Positions 40,936 through 53,378 of a DNA stretch of 53,617 nt are shown here, one piece after another. Under the pieces are notes generated by a model. That model saw nothing but the letters and a program-made list of their open reading frames with translations, was not told where the DNA came from and searched no databases. The stretch covers positions 1-53,617 of the forward strand of contig JBCDBQ010000001.1 of NCBI GenBank assembly GCA_039183375.1, in the 5' to 3' direction. This DNA comes from Pseudomonadota bacterium (lineage in GTDB: Bacteria > Pseudomonadota > Alphaproteobacteria > Rhizobiales > Hyphomicrobiaceae). The translations under genes and the position numbers were made by a program. Position 1 is the stretch's first letter, and each line of letters opens with the position of its first letter.

Positions 40936-42508
40936 CGTAGAGTGTCTCCAGCGTAATGCAGGCAATTCCGTTGTCTTTCGCGAACGTCTCCGTATTCCGC
41001 CGGGCCTTGCCGCGCACGAAGAATGGTATTCGCTTGAGTTCTTGTTCAGCGTCTGCAGCCCAGCTTATGCTGTTTGCAGGCTGCGTGATTTTGGGAGCAT
41101 CAGCGCAAGGCGCTGGCGAAGCTGCTACCGTGAGATCGTCAGGCCGGGATACGTTGGGCTGATGGGCAGCGAGATGTGATGGGATAGTTTCATTGTTGAA
41201 CTCGAAGTCTTCGCGGAACATTTGGAGCAGATGCTCCTCAAGTCCCATCATCAACGGATGCACCCAGGAATCGAAGATAACATTAGCGCCTTCAAACCCC
41301 ATCTGTGGAGCGTAGCGCGCTGGGAAGTCTTGAACATGGACAGGTGAGGAGATCACAGCACAGCCGATACCATGTCGTTTGGCAATGTGGCGCTCCATCT
41401 GCGATCCCAGCACCAACTCCGGCTGCAAATCTTTGATGCAATCTTCCACTTCGAGATAGTCATCGGTGATCAAAGCTTCGACATTGTACTTGCGCGCCGC
41501 CTCGCGCACTTCCCGTGCAGTCTCTCGCGTATAGGTGCCTAGCCCGGCGATAGTGAAGCCCATTTCTTCGTGGGCGACGCGGGCGGCTGCAACGACATGC
41601 GAGCCATCACCAAAGATGAATACACGTTTGCCGTTGAGATATGTGCTGTCGACTGATCGCGCATACCACGGCAACCGCAAATCGCGCTCGAGCTCAATCA
41701 GGTTGACTTCGATGCCCGCTAGGCTAGCGACTTCATGGATGAAATCACGGGTCGCCCCGACACCGATCGGGATTACTTTCGTAAACGGCTGCTGGAAAGT
41801 CCGTTCCAACCAGGCTGCAGTGGTATGGGCAATCTCCGGATAGAGAACGACGTTGAAGTCGGCCTCGGGAATGCGAGCAATGTCAGCTGGCGATGCACCG
41901 AGCGGGGCAACTACGTTAATCTCACCGCCCAGCCGTCTAAGCAGTCGCGATACTTCTTCGACGTCATCGCGGTGACGGAAACCAAGAGCCGTTGCACCCA
42001 ATATGTTGCACGAGAACTTGCTCTCGGGCCTTTCGGTGTGGCCGGCAATGTGACGGCCATTGTCATTTGCTTGACTGAGCGTACGAACCACACGGTAGAA
42101 GGTTTCAGAGGCGCCCCAGTTTTCCTTTTTTTGATAGGACGGTAGCTCCAGAGGCACGACTGGCACGGGAAGGTTCAAGGCTTCTGTCAATCCGCCAGGG
42201 TCGTCTTGAATAAGCTCAGCAGTACACGAGGCTCCGACCAGCATCAGTTGCGGATCGAAACGCTCATAGGCGTCCCGTGCGGCCTGCTGAAAAAGCTCTG
42301 CAGTGTCACTGCCAAGATCGCGCGCCTGGAACGTTGTGTACGTGACAGGCGGACGATGGTCACGGCGCTCAATCATTGTGAAGAGAAGATCTGCGTACGT
42401 GTCTCCTTGCGGCGCATGCAGAACGTAATGGACGTCCTTCATTGCTGTCGCGATGCGCATTGCACCGACGTGGGGAGGGCCCTCATATGTCCAGACCGCC
42501 AGCTTCAA
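40910..42508 (-). CDS. bchB: Light-independent protochlorophyllide reductase subunit B
   Basis: [48 protein letters not shown] is the canonical BchB/ChlB N-terminus. Confidence 0.96.
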
Positions 42509-42512
42509 AGGG

Positions 42513-44341
<1,829 letters not shown>

Positions 44342-44457
44342 CGGAGATCCCCTTGCAGAGCGTTGCTTTAAGAAGTTTTTTTGGCGCTGATGGTGGAAAC
44401 AGCAGCACGCTAAATTCCCAAGCTCTCAACGGCAGTTTATGCGTCGCTCAATAAGAG

Positions 44458-44475
44458 TGTCAATTATATTTGACA
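44458..44475. promoter_or_regulatory. PpsR/CrtJ operator in the bchF/ppaA divergent region
   Basis: TGTCAATTATATTTGACA is an exact TGT-N12-ACA with extended symmetry (TGTCAA..TTGACA). Confidence 0.75.
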
Positions 44476-44482
44476 TATTTTT

Positions 44483-44500
44483 CGTCTTAAATATTTTACA
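44483..44500. promoter_or_regulatory. Degenerate second PpsR-type site (CGT-N12-ACA), 7 bp from the first
   Basis: CGTCTTAAATATTTTACA has one half-site mismatch. The tandem spacing resembles the bchC pair. Confidence 0.35.
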
Positions 44501-44725
44501 AGTGATCCAATCGAAATCCTATTTCGTTTAATGTCGGTTGGGAAAGTCGTGCGACAATTTGGTTTGCGCGCACCTCTGTGACATGGTTGTGTACGGACAA
44601 CCTCATAAAAATGGTCGGTTAGCGATCAGCGGTAGGTGGGACATGGAAACGCTAAGTGACGGCAATGCACGTCTGGCTTTGACTGCCAATCGCCCGGTCA
44701 ACTTTTACAGACGGGCAGCTGCATA

Positions 44726-45625
44726 ATGGATGATCCAAAAAGCAATAGCTCGCTCACATTAGCAACACGCGAGGGACGTCGGGCTTTATGCGATGACGAT
44801 TTGCGCATTACTGACGAGGCCGGCCTTGAACGCGAGGAAAGCGTTCCATCACGCCTTACAACCGTTATTAACGGTGAGATCATTCCGCGTTTGTTTGTAC
44901 TTAACAATCAGCAAGTCGTGGCCGACCAGTCAGTCCACGAGGCGGGCCTGCGCCTGGAAGATTACATCGTTGAATATGCCCGAATCATCTTAGAGGATGA
45001 GAGCAATCGTGCGTTTACGTTTGTGGAGCAGCTGCACGCCGATGGCCACCAACTGGATCGGATTATGATGGATCTGTTGGCGCCGACAGCGCGCCAACTC
45101 GGCGTTTGGTGGGAGGAAGACCGAATTGATTTCGTTGACGTGACAATTGGTACTTCGCGTCTAAAGCAGGTTCTTCATCATTTTAGGCCATCCAGACAGG
45201 CTCGGGTCTACGCTGAACCCAACCCGAAGCGCATTCTGTTGCTGCCGACACCCCAGGAAACGCATACCTTCGGGCTGCTTGTCATTGCTGAGATATTTCG
45301 CAAATCGGGCTGGGAAGTAGGTGGCGGTCACGTCATGGCAGATGACGAAATGAACAAACTTTTGTCAGAGGAACCCTGGGATATTGTCGGGTTCTCCCTT
45401 GCAAACGCAAGGTTAATGGACAAATTGGCTAACGCTATTGCAAGTGCGCGCTGGCAGTCTAAGAATAAGTCAGTCAAGATCTTGGTCGGTGGGCGTGCAT
45501 TTAGTAAAGACCTTAAGCTGGATGAGAAGTTGGGGGCTGACTTTGTCGTTTCGGACCCCGCCCAGGCTGTGAAGCTGGGCGAGGCTTTGCTTTCTGATCA
45601 ACGTGGAAGATCTCTGGTGCAGTGA
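44726..45625 (+). CDS. ppaA: Cobalamin-binding antirepressor PpaA/AerR
   Basis: C-terminal B12-binding domain pattern (ILLLPTPQETHTFGLLVIAEIFRKSGWEVGGG...DIVGFSLAN...KILVGG). It lies immediately upstream of ppsR. Confidence 0.85.
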   Translation: MDDPKSNSSLTLATREGRRALCDDDLRITDEAGLEREESVPSRLTTVINGEIIPRLFVLNNQQVVADQSVHEAGLRLEDYIVEYARIILEDESNRAFTFVEQLHADGHQLDRIMMDLLAPTARQLGVWWEEDRIDFVDVTIGTSRLKQVLHHFRPSRQARVYAEPNPKRILLLPTPQETHTFGLLVIAEIFRKSGWEVGGGHVMADDEMNKLLSEEPWDIVGFSLANARLMDKLANAIASARWQSKNKSVKILVGGRAFSKDLKLDEKLGADFVVSDPAQAVKLGEALLSDQRGRSLVQ

Positions 45626-45703
45626 TACAGTACTCTGTGAAATGGCAGCTGAGTTCAGTTTCCAAAACTTCATCCCCTTGAGCCGTGAGAGGCTAGTACA
45701 GCC

Positions 45704-47119
45704 GTGAAGCCCTTTAAATCCCCTAAGCGCACGCTCGGTGATCTCGATGCTAAGATCGCGGCACGTCTGATAACAGCTAGTTCTGATGTTGCTCTAGTGA
45801 TCGATGCAAACGGGAAGATTCGCGACCTAGCATTCAGTAGCGAGCAGTTTGCAAACATCGATGCGACCGGCTGGCCCGGCAAGCAACTAGCAGATGTGGT
45901 TACATCTGAATGCATTCCGAAGATTGAAGCGATGCTGGATGGTATCGAGGACGACCCTGCAAGAGAATTCCAGGTCAATCATCCTACAAGTGGACCGCAG
46001 GATCTGCCGGTTCGTTACCAGACGCTGCGACTGGGATCCGAAGGTCCAATAATCGCTGTCGGCAGGGAACTTAGTCTCACTTCCAACTTGCAGCAAAAAC
46101 TGATCTCGGCACAGTCACAGCTGGATCGTGATTACGCCCGCCAAATACAGATCGAGACACGTTACCAAGCGCTCTTTCGCTTCTCTGGCGAAGCCACTCT
46201 CATTGCCAATGCGCACAACAAGAGCATCGTTGAAGCAAATCAGGCCATGGTGCAGGTTTTTGCTAACGGTTCTAGTGGCATCACCGGCAAGAAATTGGAT
46301 GACTTGTTCGCGCCACAAAGCCTGCCGGAGCTAGATGCACTCCTCGCACATGTGAGAAATTCGCCAAGGTCTCGCAGCATCTCGGTGCGGCTGGCGAATA
46401 AAGGTAGTGACCACAACCTGACGGCGTCTGTGTTCCGCGATCAAGCTGAGCTTTACTATCTTGTCCGATTGGAGAGCTCCCAGGGCCAGTCAGACGGCCT
46501 TTATGAACAACTACAAGCCCTGCGTCTACATTCGGTCCTTGCAGAGCTTCCGGATGGCTTCGTCGTTTTGGATGAAGATCTAAAGCTGCTGCTGGCTAAT
46601 CGCGCCTTCCTGGATCTCGCCCAGTTAGCTACTGAGGATCAAGCGAAGGAGCAGCCTATCTCTCGCTGGCTAGGCAGGGTAGATGTTGATGCCGAGGTAC
46701 TCCTGACAAGTATTAGAAATCACGGCTCTTTAACGCGGCACACTATGGTACTGCGCGGTGAGTATGATGCCGCCCAAGACGTAGAGGTCACCGGTGTTTT
46801 CGTTACGTCGTTGGATCGACCCGTCTATGGCTTGATGATCCGGCGGACCGTGAGTGAGTTAGCGAGCGCCACGGGTGAGGTTATAGCCGCCGGTGCTGAG
46901 GGCGTCGATAAGCTTAAGGGCCTTGTAGGTCACACACCTCTTCGCGATGTAGTCCGCCAGACAACCGACATTGTTGAGCGAATGTGCATCGAAGCAGCTC
47001 TTGAGCTCACAGGCGACAATCGTGCCTCCGCAGCCGAGATGTTGGGCGTGAGCCGGCAATCACTGTACATGAAATTGCGACGCCACCAACTCGGCGGTCT
47101 CAGCGAAGATGACAGCTGA
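45704..47119 (+). CDS. ppsR: Photosynthesis gene repressor PpsR/CrtJ
   Basis: 471 aa with multiple PAS-like segments and a C-terminal Fis-type HTH (CIEAALELTGDNRASAAEMLGVSRQSLYMKLRRHQL). It has a GTG start. Confidence 0.92.
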   Translation: MKPFKSPKRTLGDLDAKIAARLITASSDVALVIDANGKIRDLAFSSEQFANIDATGWPGKQLADVVTSECIPKIEAMLDGIEDDPAREFQVNHPTSGPQDLPVRYQTLRLGSEGPIIAVGRELSLTSNLQQKLISAQSQLDRDYARQIQIETRYQALFRFSGEATLIANAHNKSIVEANQAMVQVFANGSSGITGKKLDDLFAPQSLPELDALLAHVRNSPRSRSISVRLANKGSDHNLTASVFRDQAELYYLVRLESSQGQSDGLYEQLQALRLHSVLAELPDGFVVLDEDLKLLLANRAFLDLAQLATEDQAKEQPISRWLGRVDVDAEVLLTSIRNHGSLTRHTMVLRGEYDAAQDVEVTGVFVTSLDRPVYGLMIRRTVSELASATGEVIAAGAEGVDKLKGLVGHTPLRDVVRQTTDIVERMCIEAALELTGDNRASAAEMLGVSRQSLYMKLRRHQLGGLSEDDS

Positions 47120-47277
47120 CGAACTTTCAATCGTATAGCTTCCAGCACATTATTTGTGACAAGAGTGTTCAATGCGCGAGCGGGTTAGCTCGGGCACAAT
47201 GGCCGCCCCTGAGTATTCATGGCAAAGGTACGCCCGCTTGCGCGGCAACCTGGGGAGGCCAAAAAAACTAGAAGCGG

Positions 47278-47295
47278 TGTAAACTTATATTGACA
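47278..47295. promoter_or_regulatory. PpsR/CrtJ operator upstream of bchG
   Basis: TGTAAACTTATATTGACA is an exact TGT-N12-ACA. It overlaps a second inverted repeat, TGACA-N8-TGTCA (47291-47308). Confidence 0.7.
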
Positions 47296-47352
47296 GTTTG
47301 ATATGTCAAAAATACGCTTGTCTGAACACTTGTATGTTTGGGGCAATCGTCG

Positions 47353-48264
47353 ATGGCTCGTCAGGCCTTCAAATCGTTCGCTAAACCAGCCGTTCAACTG
47401 TCGGCAATGGTCGAATTGCTCAAACCGATCACGTGGTTCGCGCCAATGTGGGCGTTTGCCTGCGGGATAATCTCATCCGGTGTTGCAGTCTCTGACCGCT
47501 TGGTTGAAGTAACACTGGGGCTGTTGCTTGCAGGGCCGCTGGTTTGCGGGACAAGTCAAGCTGTCAATGACTGGTTTGACCGTCACGTCGATGCAATCAA
47601 CGAGCCGCACCGACCAATACCTTCCGGCCGCTTGCCCGGCGACTTGGGCCTCACCATCGCGATGGTCTGGACAGTCCTGTCAGCTGTTGTCGCGTTTTCA
47701 CTTGGATGGTGGATATTCGTAGCCGCATTGGCTGGGCTGGCTCTGGCTTGGGCCTACAGCGCGCCGCCTTTCAGACTCAAGCTGAACGGTTGGTACGGAA
47801 ACCTGGCGGTCGCAGGATGCTACGAGGGGCTGCCGTGGTTCACTGGTGCCGCCATCATGGTTGGTGCGTTGCCAGACTGGCGCACAATCCTGATAGCGCT
47901 GCTCTACAGCGTCGGAGCTCACGGCATCATGACATTGAATGATTTCAAGGCTGTCCATGGCGATCGCCAGATGGGTGTGCGCTCATTGCCGGTCCAACTC
48001 GGCGTAAAGTCAGCTGCTCGGCTGGCATGCATTGTTATGGCAGCGCCGCAACTTGTCGCGTGCATGCTTCTTTGGTCGTGGGGACTAACTGCGCACGCTG
48101 CAGTTGTGCTGGCTTTGCTTATCATCCAGTTATTCCTGATGCGCCGTTTCTTGCGTCAGCCTAAAGACCTCGCGCCTTGGTACAACGCCACCGGCACATT
48201 GCTTTACGTGCTGGGCATGCTCGCAGCGGCATTCGGCCTTGCTCAACTCTCGGGAACGGTATGA
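47353..48264 (+). CDS. bchG: Bacteriochlorophyll a synthase BchG (UbiA prenyltransferase family)
   Basis: LELLKPITWFAPMWAFACGIISSG...NDWFDRHVDAINEPHRPIPSGR. ATG 47353 was chosen; the track ORF starts at TTG 47338. Confidence 0.93.
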   Translation: MARQAFKSFAKPAVQLSAMVELLKPITWFAPMWAFACGIISSGVAVSDRLVEVTLGLLLAGPLVCGTSQAVNDWFDRHVDAINEPHRPIPSGRLPGDLGLTIAMVWTVLSAVVAFSLGWWIFVAALAGLALAWAYSAPPFRLKLNGWYGNLAVAGCYEGLPWFTGAAIMVGALPDWRTILIALLYSVGAHGIMTLNDFKAVHGDRQMGVRSLPVQLGVKSAARLACIVMAAPQLVACMLLWSWGLTAHAAVVLALLIIQLFLMRRFLRQPKDLAPWYNATGTLLYVLGMLAAAFGLAQLSGTV

Positions 48265-49646
48265 TGAACGCGAATGGATTGAGCTGGATCAGTATCGTAC
48301 GACTTGGGTTAGTCCAAACAGCGCTCGGAGCAATTGTGGTCTTGACTACCTCAACATTGAACCGAGTGATGGTTGTGGAACTGGCTCTTCCTGCCATATT
48401 GCCCGGCGCCTTGGTGGGCTTCCACTATGCGGTTCAGATCTTGCGGCCTCGTTGGGGTTATGGATCAGATGTCGGCGGTAACCGCACAGCATGGATTATC
48501 GGCGGCATGGCAGTCCTGTGTCTCGGTGGTGCGCTGGCGGCGGTTGCTACAGCCGTCATGGCAAGCACGATTATCGGCGGCACAGCACTCGCTGCACTTG
48601 CCTTTCTCATGATTGGGATAGGAGTTGGCGCAGCCGGGACATCGCTTTTAGCCTTGCTTGCGAGCCATGCCGCGCCCGACCGTCGTGCCGCAGCAGCAAC
48701 CATCGTCTGGATCATGATGATCCTTGGCTTCATCATAACCGCCGGCCTAGCAGGTCACTTTCTTGATCCTTTCTCTACGACGCGCTTGGTCGTCGTTGCC
48801 AGCACTGTCTCAGTTTTGGCGTTTGGTGTTGCCCTTTTGGCGGTTGTGGGTGTTGAGCAGCGCACCAAAACGGTTGCCCAAACAGCAACATCAAATGCGC
48901 AAGCAGGGTCAGAGGTGTCGAACTTCCGCATCGCTTTTCAGGAAGTTTGGGCTGAGCCCGATGCGCGCCATTTCACGATTTTCGTATTTGTCTCAATGCT
49001 TGCCTATAGTGCACAGGATCTCATTCTGGAGCCGTTTGCAGGCATTGCCTTTGGCATGACGCCTGGCCAATCAACACAACTTGCTGGTCTGCAGAACTCC
49101 GGTGTCTTGAGCGGCATGTTATTGGTGGCGCTGCTGGCATCAGGCATTGGCGGTCGTTGGCTTGGCTCACTCAAAATGTGGACGGTGCTTGGATGTCTTG
49201 CGTCCGCCTGCGCATTGTTTTCGCTGTCCATCGCCGGGATGTTTGCACCCCATTGGCCACTGAAGCTATCCGTGATCGCGCTGGGTTTCTCTAACGGCGT
49301 ATTTGCGGTTGCGGCCATCGGTTCCATGATGGCCCTGGCCGGGCGCGGGCGCGAGAAACGTGTCGGTACCCGCATGGGTATCTGGGGCGCAGCCCAGGCG
49401 GTCGCATTTGGCTCAGGCGGCCTGGTCGGCGCGGCCGGCGTGGACGCAGTGAAGCTGCTCACTGGAACACCGGTTGGCGCATACATGACCGTATTCGCAA
49501 TCGAAGCTTGCATTTTCTTCGCTGCAGCTTGGCTGGGGCTCGGTGTTCGCGAGACCGGCGGTAGCAGGAGCGCATCTGAAACGCCTAACTTCGATCCATT
49601 GTCCGTCGGTGCTTCTATGCTGCCGGCGCAGGAGGGTAAGCACTAA
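48261..49646 (+). CDS. PucC/LhaA-family BCD MFS protein (the bchG-orf-bchP member)
   Basis: ATG 48261 overlaps the bchG stop (ATGA). Family motifs are present (IVRLGLVQTALGAIVVLTTSTLNRVMVVELALPA...YAVQILRPRWGYGSD). Confidence 0.88.
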   Translation: MMNANGLSWISIVRLGLVQTALGAIVVLTTSTLNRVMVVELALPAILPGALVGFHYAVQILRPRWGYGSDVGGNRTAWIIGGMAVLCLGGALAAVATAVMASTIIGGTALAALAFLMIGIGVGAAGTSLLALLASHAAPDRRAAAATIVWIMMILGFIITAGLAGHFLDPFSTTRLVVVASTVSVLAFGVALLAVVGVEQRTKTVAQTATSNAQAGSEVSNFRIAFQEVWAEPDARHFTIFVFVSMLAYSAQDLILEPFAGIAFGMTPGQSTQLAGLQNSGVLSGMLLVALLASGIGGRWLGSLKMWTVLGCLASACALFSLSIAGMFAPHWPLKLSVIALGFSNGVFAVAAIGSMMALAGRGREKRVGTRMGIWGAAQAVAFGSGGLVGAAGVDAVKLLTGTPVGAYMTVFAIEACIFFAAAWLGLGVRETGGSRSASETPNFDPLSVGASMLPAQEGKH

Positions 49647-50845
49647 TGGCAATGTCCGACTTGCGATATGTCGACGTAGTCGTCGTTGGCGGTGGCCCGG
49701 CCGGAGCAACAGCTGCCTCAACGTTAGCAGCTGATGGTTGGAGCGTACTTCTCCTCGACAAGGAAGGAAGAGTGAAACCTTGTGGTGGAGCAGTGCCACC
49801 AAGACTCATTCGTGACTACAGCATCCCTGATGAATTGATTGTTGCGAGGGCCAAGTCGGCGCGGATGACATCGCCGTCCAACGTACAGGTTCATATGCCA
49901 ATTGAGGGCGGCTACGTCGGAATGGTCGACCGCAAAGACTTCGACGAGTGGCTGCGCTGCCGTGCTGTGGAGGACGGAGCACTACGACGGCGCGGCACGT
50001 TCATTGGGCTTGAGCGATCGAATGATGGCTCACCAATCGTGGTCTACGATCCCGGCACGGGTGAAGACAGCATCCGCGTTGTGACATCGGCTGTTGTTGG
50101 CGCTGATGGTGCGAATTCACGCGTCGCGCGCGCAGCCTTGCCGCATGAGAATAAACCGCCCTTCGTCTTCGCCTATCACGAGATTATCGAGACGCCGGCG
50201 GCCGCGAGCGAGAATTTTTCAGTCGAGCGCTGCGAAATCTATTACCAGGGCCAACTGTCGCCAGATTTTTACGCTTGGGTCTTCCCACATGGAAGGACGA
50301 CTAGCGTGGGCGTTGGCAGCGCGATCAAGGGCTTTTCGCTGCGCCAAGCAACGGCCCAGACCCGTCAGGTGGCTGGTCTGCAGAGCCAACCTACCGTGCG
50401 TTGCGAAGGCGCTCCCATTCCAATGCGGCCGATGCGCCGTTGGGACAATGGCAAAGACACGCTTGTGATTGGCGATGCGGCGGGGGTCGTGGCACCAGCA
50501 TCTGGTGAGGGCATCTACTACGCTATGCTCAGTGGCGAACTTGGTGCTTACGCGATCTCAGAGTTTCTCCACACCAAAGATGCCCGAGCGCTCGCTGACG
50601 CGCGCAAGCGTTTTATGAAGTTGCACGGACACGTATTCTGGGTGCTGGGTCTACTACAGCACTTTTGGTACCGTAGCGACCGCCGACGCGAGAGCTTTGT
50701 CAAAATGTGCCGTGATGAAGATGTCCAGCGTTTGACCTGGCAAGCTTACATGAACAAGGAACTTGTGCGCCGCGATCCCCTCGCGCATTTGCGTGTGCTC
50801 TCAAAAGATATTGCTCACCTTGTCGGCTTCGCATCACCGCGCTAG
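49646..50845 (+). CDS. bchP: Geranylgeranyl diphosphate/bacteriochlorophyll reductase BchP
   Basis: FAD fold VDVVVVGGGPAGATAASTLAADGWSVLLLDKEGRVKPCGGAVPPRLI with the family C-terminus. It has a TAATG overlap with the upstream gene. Confidence 0.93.
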   Translation: MAMSDLRYVDVVVVGGGPAGATAASTLAADGWSVLLLDKEGRVKPCGGAVPPRLIRDYSIPDELIVARAKSARMTSPSNVQVHMPIEGGYVGMVDRKDFDEWLRCRAVEDGALRRRGTFIGLERSNDGSPIVVYDPGTGEDSIRVVTSAVVGADGANSRVARAALPHENKPPFVFAYHEIIETPAAASENFSVERCEIYYQGQLSPDFYAWVFPHGRTTSVGVGSAIKGFSLRQATAQTRQVAGLQSQPTVRCEGAPIPMRPMRRWDNGKDTLVIGDAAGVVAPASGEGIYYAMLSGELGAYAISEFLHTKDARALADARKRFMKLHGHVFWVLGLLQHFWYRSDRRRESFVKMCRDEDVQRLTWQAYMNKELVRRDPLAHLRVLSKDIAHLVGFASPR

Positions 50846-50950
50846 CGTTGGATGGTCGAGACGGCTGTACCCAGGGCTCCCAGGTTCGGTTATGTCTTGG
50901 CAAGCTCGTGGATTACTGCCCAATAGTGCGTGCTGGCTTTGGTTCTCAAC

Positions 50951-51220
50951 ATGCAGCAACTCATTGAATCCGGACGAATAGCCGATATAATCCTCGCGCT
51001 CATTGCATTGGAGATTGTTTGCTTCGCTTTGCTTCGACGCCTCGCTTGGCGAGCGCCGAAGCTGGTTGACCTTTTAGGGACATTGCTGTCGGGGCTGTTC
51101 TTGATAGCTGCCTTGCGAAGTGGTCTGGCCGGTGCGGATTGGACCGTGACCGCAAGCTTTTTGATGGCGGCACTACTGTCACATCTCTTCGATCTTTGGC
51201 GCCGCTGGCCGAGCAGCTAG
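50951..51220 (+). CDS. Small membrane protein (89 aa, ~3 TM), unknown function
   Basis: Hydrophobic segments (IADIILALIALEIVCFALL; LLGTLLSGLFLIAAL; TVTASFLMAALLSHLF). No homology was recognised. The track start is GTG 50930. Confidence 0.4.
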   Translation: MQQLIESGRIADIILALIALEIVCFALLRRLAWRAPKLVDLLGTLLSGLFLIAALRSGLAGADWTVTASFLMAALLSHLFDLWRRWPSS

Positions 51221-51248
51221 AACGACCCCGACCAGAGCCAGTAACCCA

Positions 51249-53210
51249 CTACCAAACTGCCTCAGCTCGATGAACTTGCGGATAGTCGCGCGCGGCTCGA
51301 GGTCCGATCTCAGCGAGCGACTGGCGGACACGCACAGCAATGGTGCTTGCATCCAGGCCGGCCGTATGCGCTTGCCCCTCTTGGCTATCGTGGTGAATAA
51401 AACAGTCCGGCAAATTCAGGGTCATCAAGCGGGACAGTGACTTGCTCATTCTCTGCCTGAGCAAGCTATCGGTCACCAGTGTTGCAAAGCCACCCAAAGA
51501 GCCTTCTTCCACCGTCAGCAACAGGCGGTGGTGTCGCGCTAATTGCGCGACCAGCTCATCATCGACAGGCTTGGCGAAACGAGCATCAGCGACCGTCGTG
51601 CGGATCCCAATAGCATCGAGCTCGTCCGCTGCTGCCAAGGCGCGATGCAGCGTAGCCCCATAGCAAAGGATTGCTGCGTCGCTGCCAGACCTCACGATCC
51701 GGCCCTGCCCAACCTCCAGCGGCCTTACCTGTTCGGGCAGCTCGACACCAATCGCTGTTCCACGTGGAAACCGAAATGCAGATGGACGATCGTCTATCGC
51801 CGCAGCCGTGGCGACCATCTTCTCCAGTTCTGCTTCATCGCTTGGCGCCATCAGCACAAAGTGGGGTAGGCAACCGAGATACGCAATGTCATACGTGCCT
51901 TGATGCGTCACGCCATCCGCACCGACTAGACCAGCGCGATCAATGGCAAAGCGGACAGGCAACTTCTGTATGGCAACATCATGGACAATCTGATCATAAC
52001 CGCGCTGCAGAAACGTCGAATAAATGGCGGCAAAGGGCTTGTATCCTTCGCAAGCCATTCCGGCACAAAAGGTGACAGCGTGCTGCTCTGCTATGCCGAC
52101 GTCAAAATAGCGATCAGGATGGACCTTCGCGAATTTGTCCAGGCCAGTACCCGATGGCATCGCAGCTGTGACGGCTATGATACTCTTGTCTTGCTCGGCC
52201 TGACTTATCAGCGCGTCTGCAAAAACGTTTGTATAGCTCGGGGCAGACGCCTTTGACTTTTCTTGCCGACCAGTGGCTGGATCAAACTTACCGACCGCGT
52301 GGCCTTTATCAGGTGCGGACGCTGCGGGTTCATAGCCGCAGCCCTTTTCGGTTCTGATGTGAATAACCACAGGCCCATTTTCGTGAGCGACCGCCAGCCG
52401 GAGAGCTGCAACGAGTTCATCGACGTCGTGACCATCATACGGTCCGGCATACGTGGCAGAGAGCTGCTCGAACAACGTCGGCTCAGGTGCAAACGACATG
52501 AGCTCGCCCGCAGCGAGCGATGCTCTGCGAGCAGGCTCATCAGGCATGCATTCCCTCAACATCGTCAAGTGATCGCGTAGTGCGCCTGACGGTGGACCAA
52601 TAGACATGTCGTTGTCATTGACGATGACGATTAGCTTGCGTGCCTGAGTGCCGGCATTGTTGAGCGCCTCAAAGGCCATGCCACCTGACAATGCACCGTC
52701 ACCTACCACGGACACGACATTGTACGTCTCGCCACTCAAATCACGCGCTGTTGCAAAGCCCAGTCCTGCAGATATTGCGGTTGAACTGTGTGCGGCACCA
52801 AACGGGTCGAATTCGCTCTCCGACCGACACGTGAACCCAGACGGACCACCTGCCTGACGAACAGAGCGCAGCCATTGGCGGCGGCCAGTAAGAATCTTGT
52901 GGGGATAGCATTGATGGCTCACATCCCAGATCAGCTTGTCACGAGGAGTATCGAGCACGTAATGCAGGGCAATTGTTAACTCTATCACACCCAACCCGGC
53001 ACCAAAGTGCCCGCCCGTTTGGGATACGCTATCAATCAAGTCCGCACGCAGCTCGTCTGCCAGTCGTCTGAGCTCTGTTGTCGGCAACTTGCGCAAATCA
53101 GCAGGTGAATCTATCCCATCCAACAGCAGGTTCTGATTGTGCGCCTGACCGTTCGCCGTTGGCTCCAGGTCTATTCGCACTTGTGGAGAGTCTGCGATGT
53201 AATCCTGCAT
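51249..53210 (-). CDS. dxs: 1-deoxy-D-xylulose-5-phosphate synthase
   Basis: [14 protein letters not shown]...[36 protein letters not shown]...[18 protein letters not shown] is the Dxs/transketolase-like pattern. The start is ATG 53210 or GTG 53237. Confidence 0.95.
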   Translation of the reverse strand: MQDYIADSPQVRIDLEPTANGQAHNQNLLLDGIDSPADLRKLPTTELRRLADELRADLIDSVSQTGGHFGAGLGVIELTIALHYVLDTPRDKLIWDVSHQCYPHKILTGRRQWLRSVRQAGGPSGFTCRSESEFDPFGAAHSSTAISAGLGFATARDLSGETYNVVSVVGDGALSGGMAFEALNNAGTQARKLIVIVNDNDMSIGPPSGALRDHLTMLRECMPDEPARRASLAAGELMSFAPEPTLFEQLSATYAGPYDGHDVDELVAALRLAVAHENGPVVIHIRTEKGCGYEPAASAPDKGHAVGKFDPATGRQEKSKASAPSYTNVFADALISQAEQDKSIIAVTAAMPSGTGLDKFAKVHPDRYFDVGIAEQHAVTFCAGMACEGYKPFAAIYSTFLQRGYDQIVHDVAIQKLPVRFAIDRAGLVGADGVTHQGTYDIAYLGCLPHFVLMAPSDEAELEKMVATAAAIDDRPSAFRFPRGTAIGVELPEQVRPLEVGQGRIVRSGSDAAILCYGATLHRALAAADELDAIGIRTTVADARFAKPVDDELVAQLARHHRLLLTVEEGSLGGFATLVTDSLLRQRMSKSLSRLMTLNLPDCFIHHDSQEGQAHTAGLDASTIAVRVRQSLAEIGPRAARDYPQVHRAEAVW

Positions 53211-53286
53211 AGCCGTCGCCTCTAGATAAAGTGCCACTCAAGTCCGAGAGTGCGCTCATGGCAATTAGAGAACGATCCAGCTAGAA

Positions 53287-53320
53287 TGTAAATAATATTT
53301 TACGTCTAATAATTTTGACA
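53287..53320. promoter_or_regulatory. Two overlapping degenerate PpsR-like half-matches in the dxs/bchI divergent region
   Basis: TGTAAATAATATTTTACG (TGT-N12-ACG) overlaps CGTCTAATAATTTTGACA (CGT-N12-ACA). Together they read TGT-N28-ACA and are AT-rich like the other sites. Confidence 0.3.
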
Positions 53321-53378
53321 CTATGCTTTACTGAGCACGTTCTTGAGCCGATAGAGATTCCGATCGAGGTTGCAGGTT

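Noticed and set aside
47296-47337. A second exact PpsR site upstream of bchG
   Set aside because: The downstream TGT triplets at 47304 and 47319 are followed after 12 nt by TGT and ATG, not ACA. Only the TGACA-N8-TGTCA inverted repeat is present.
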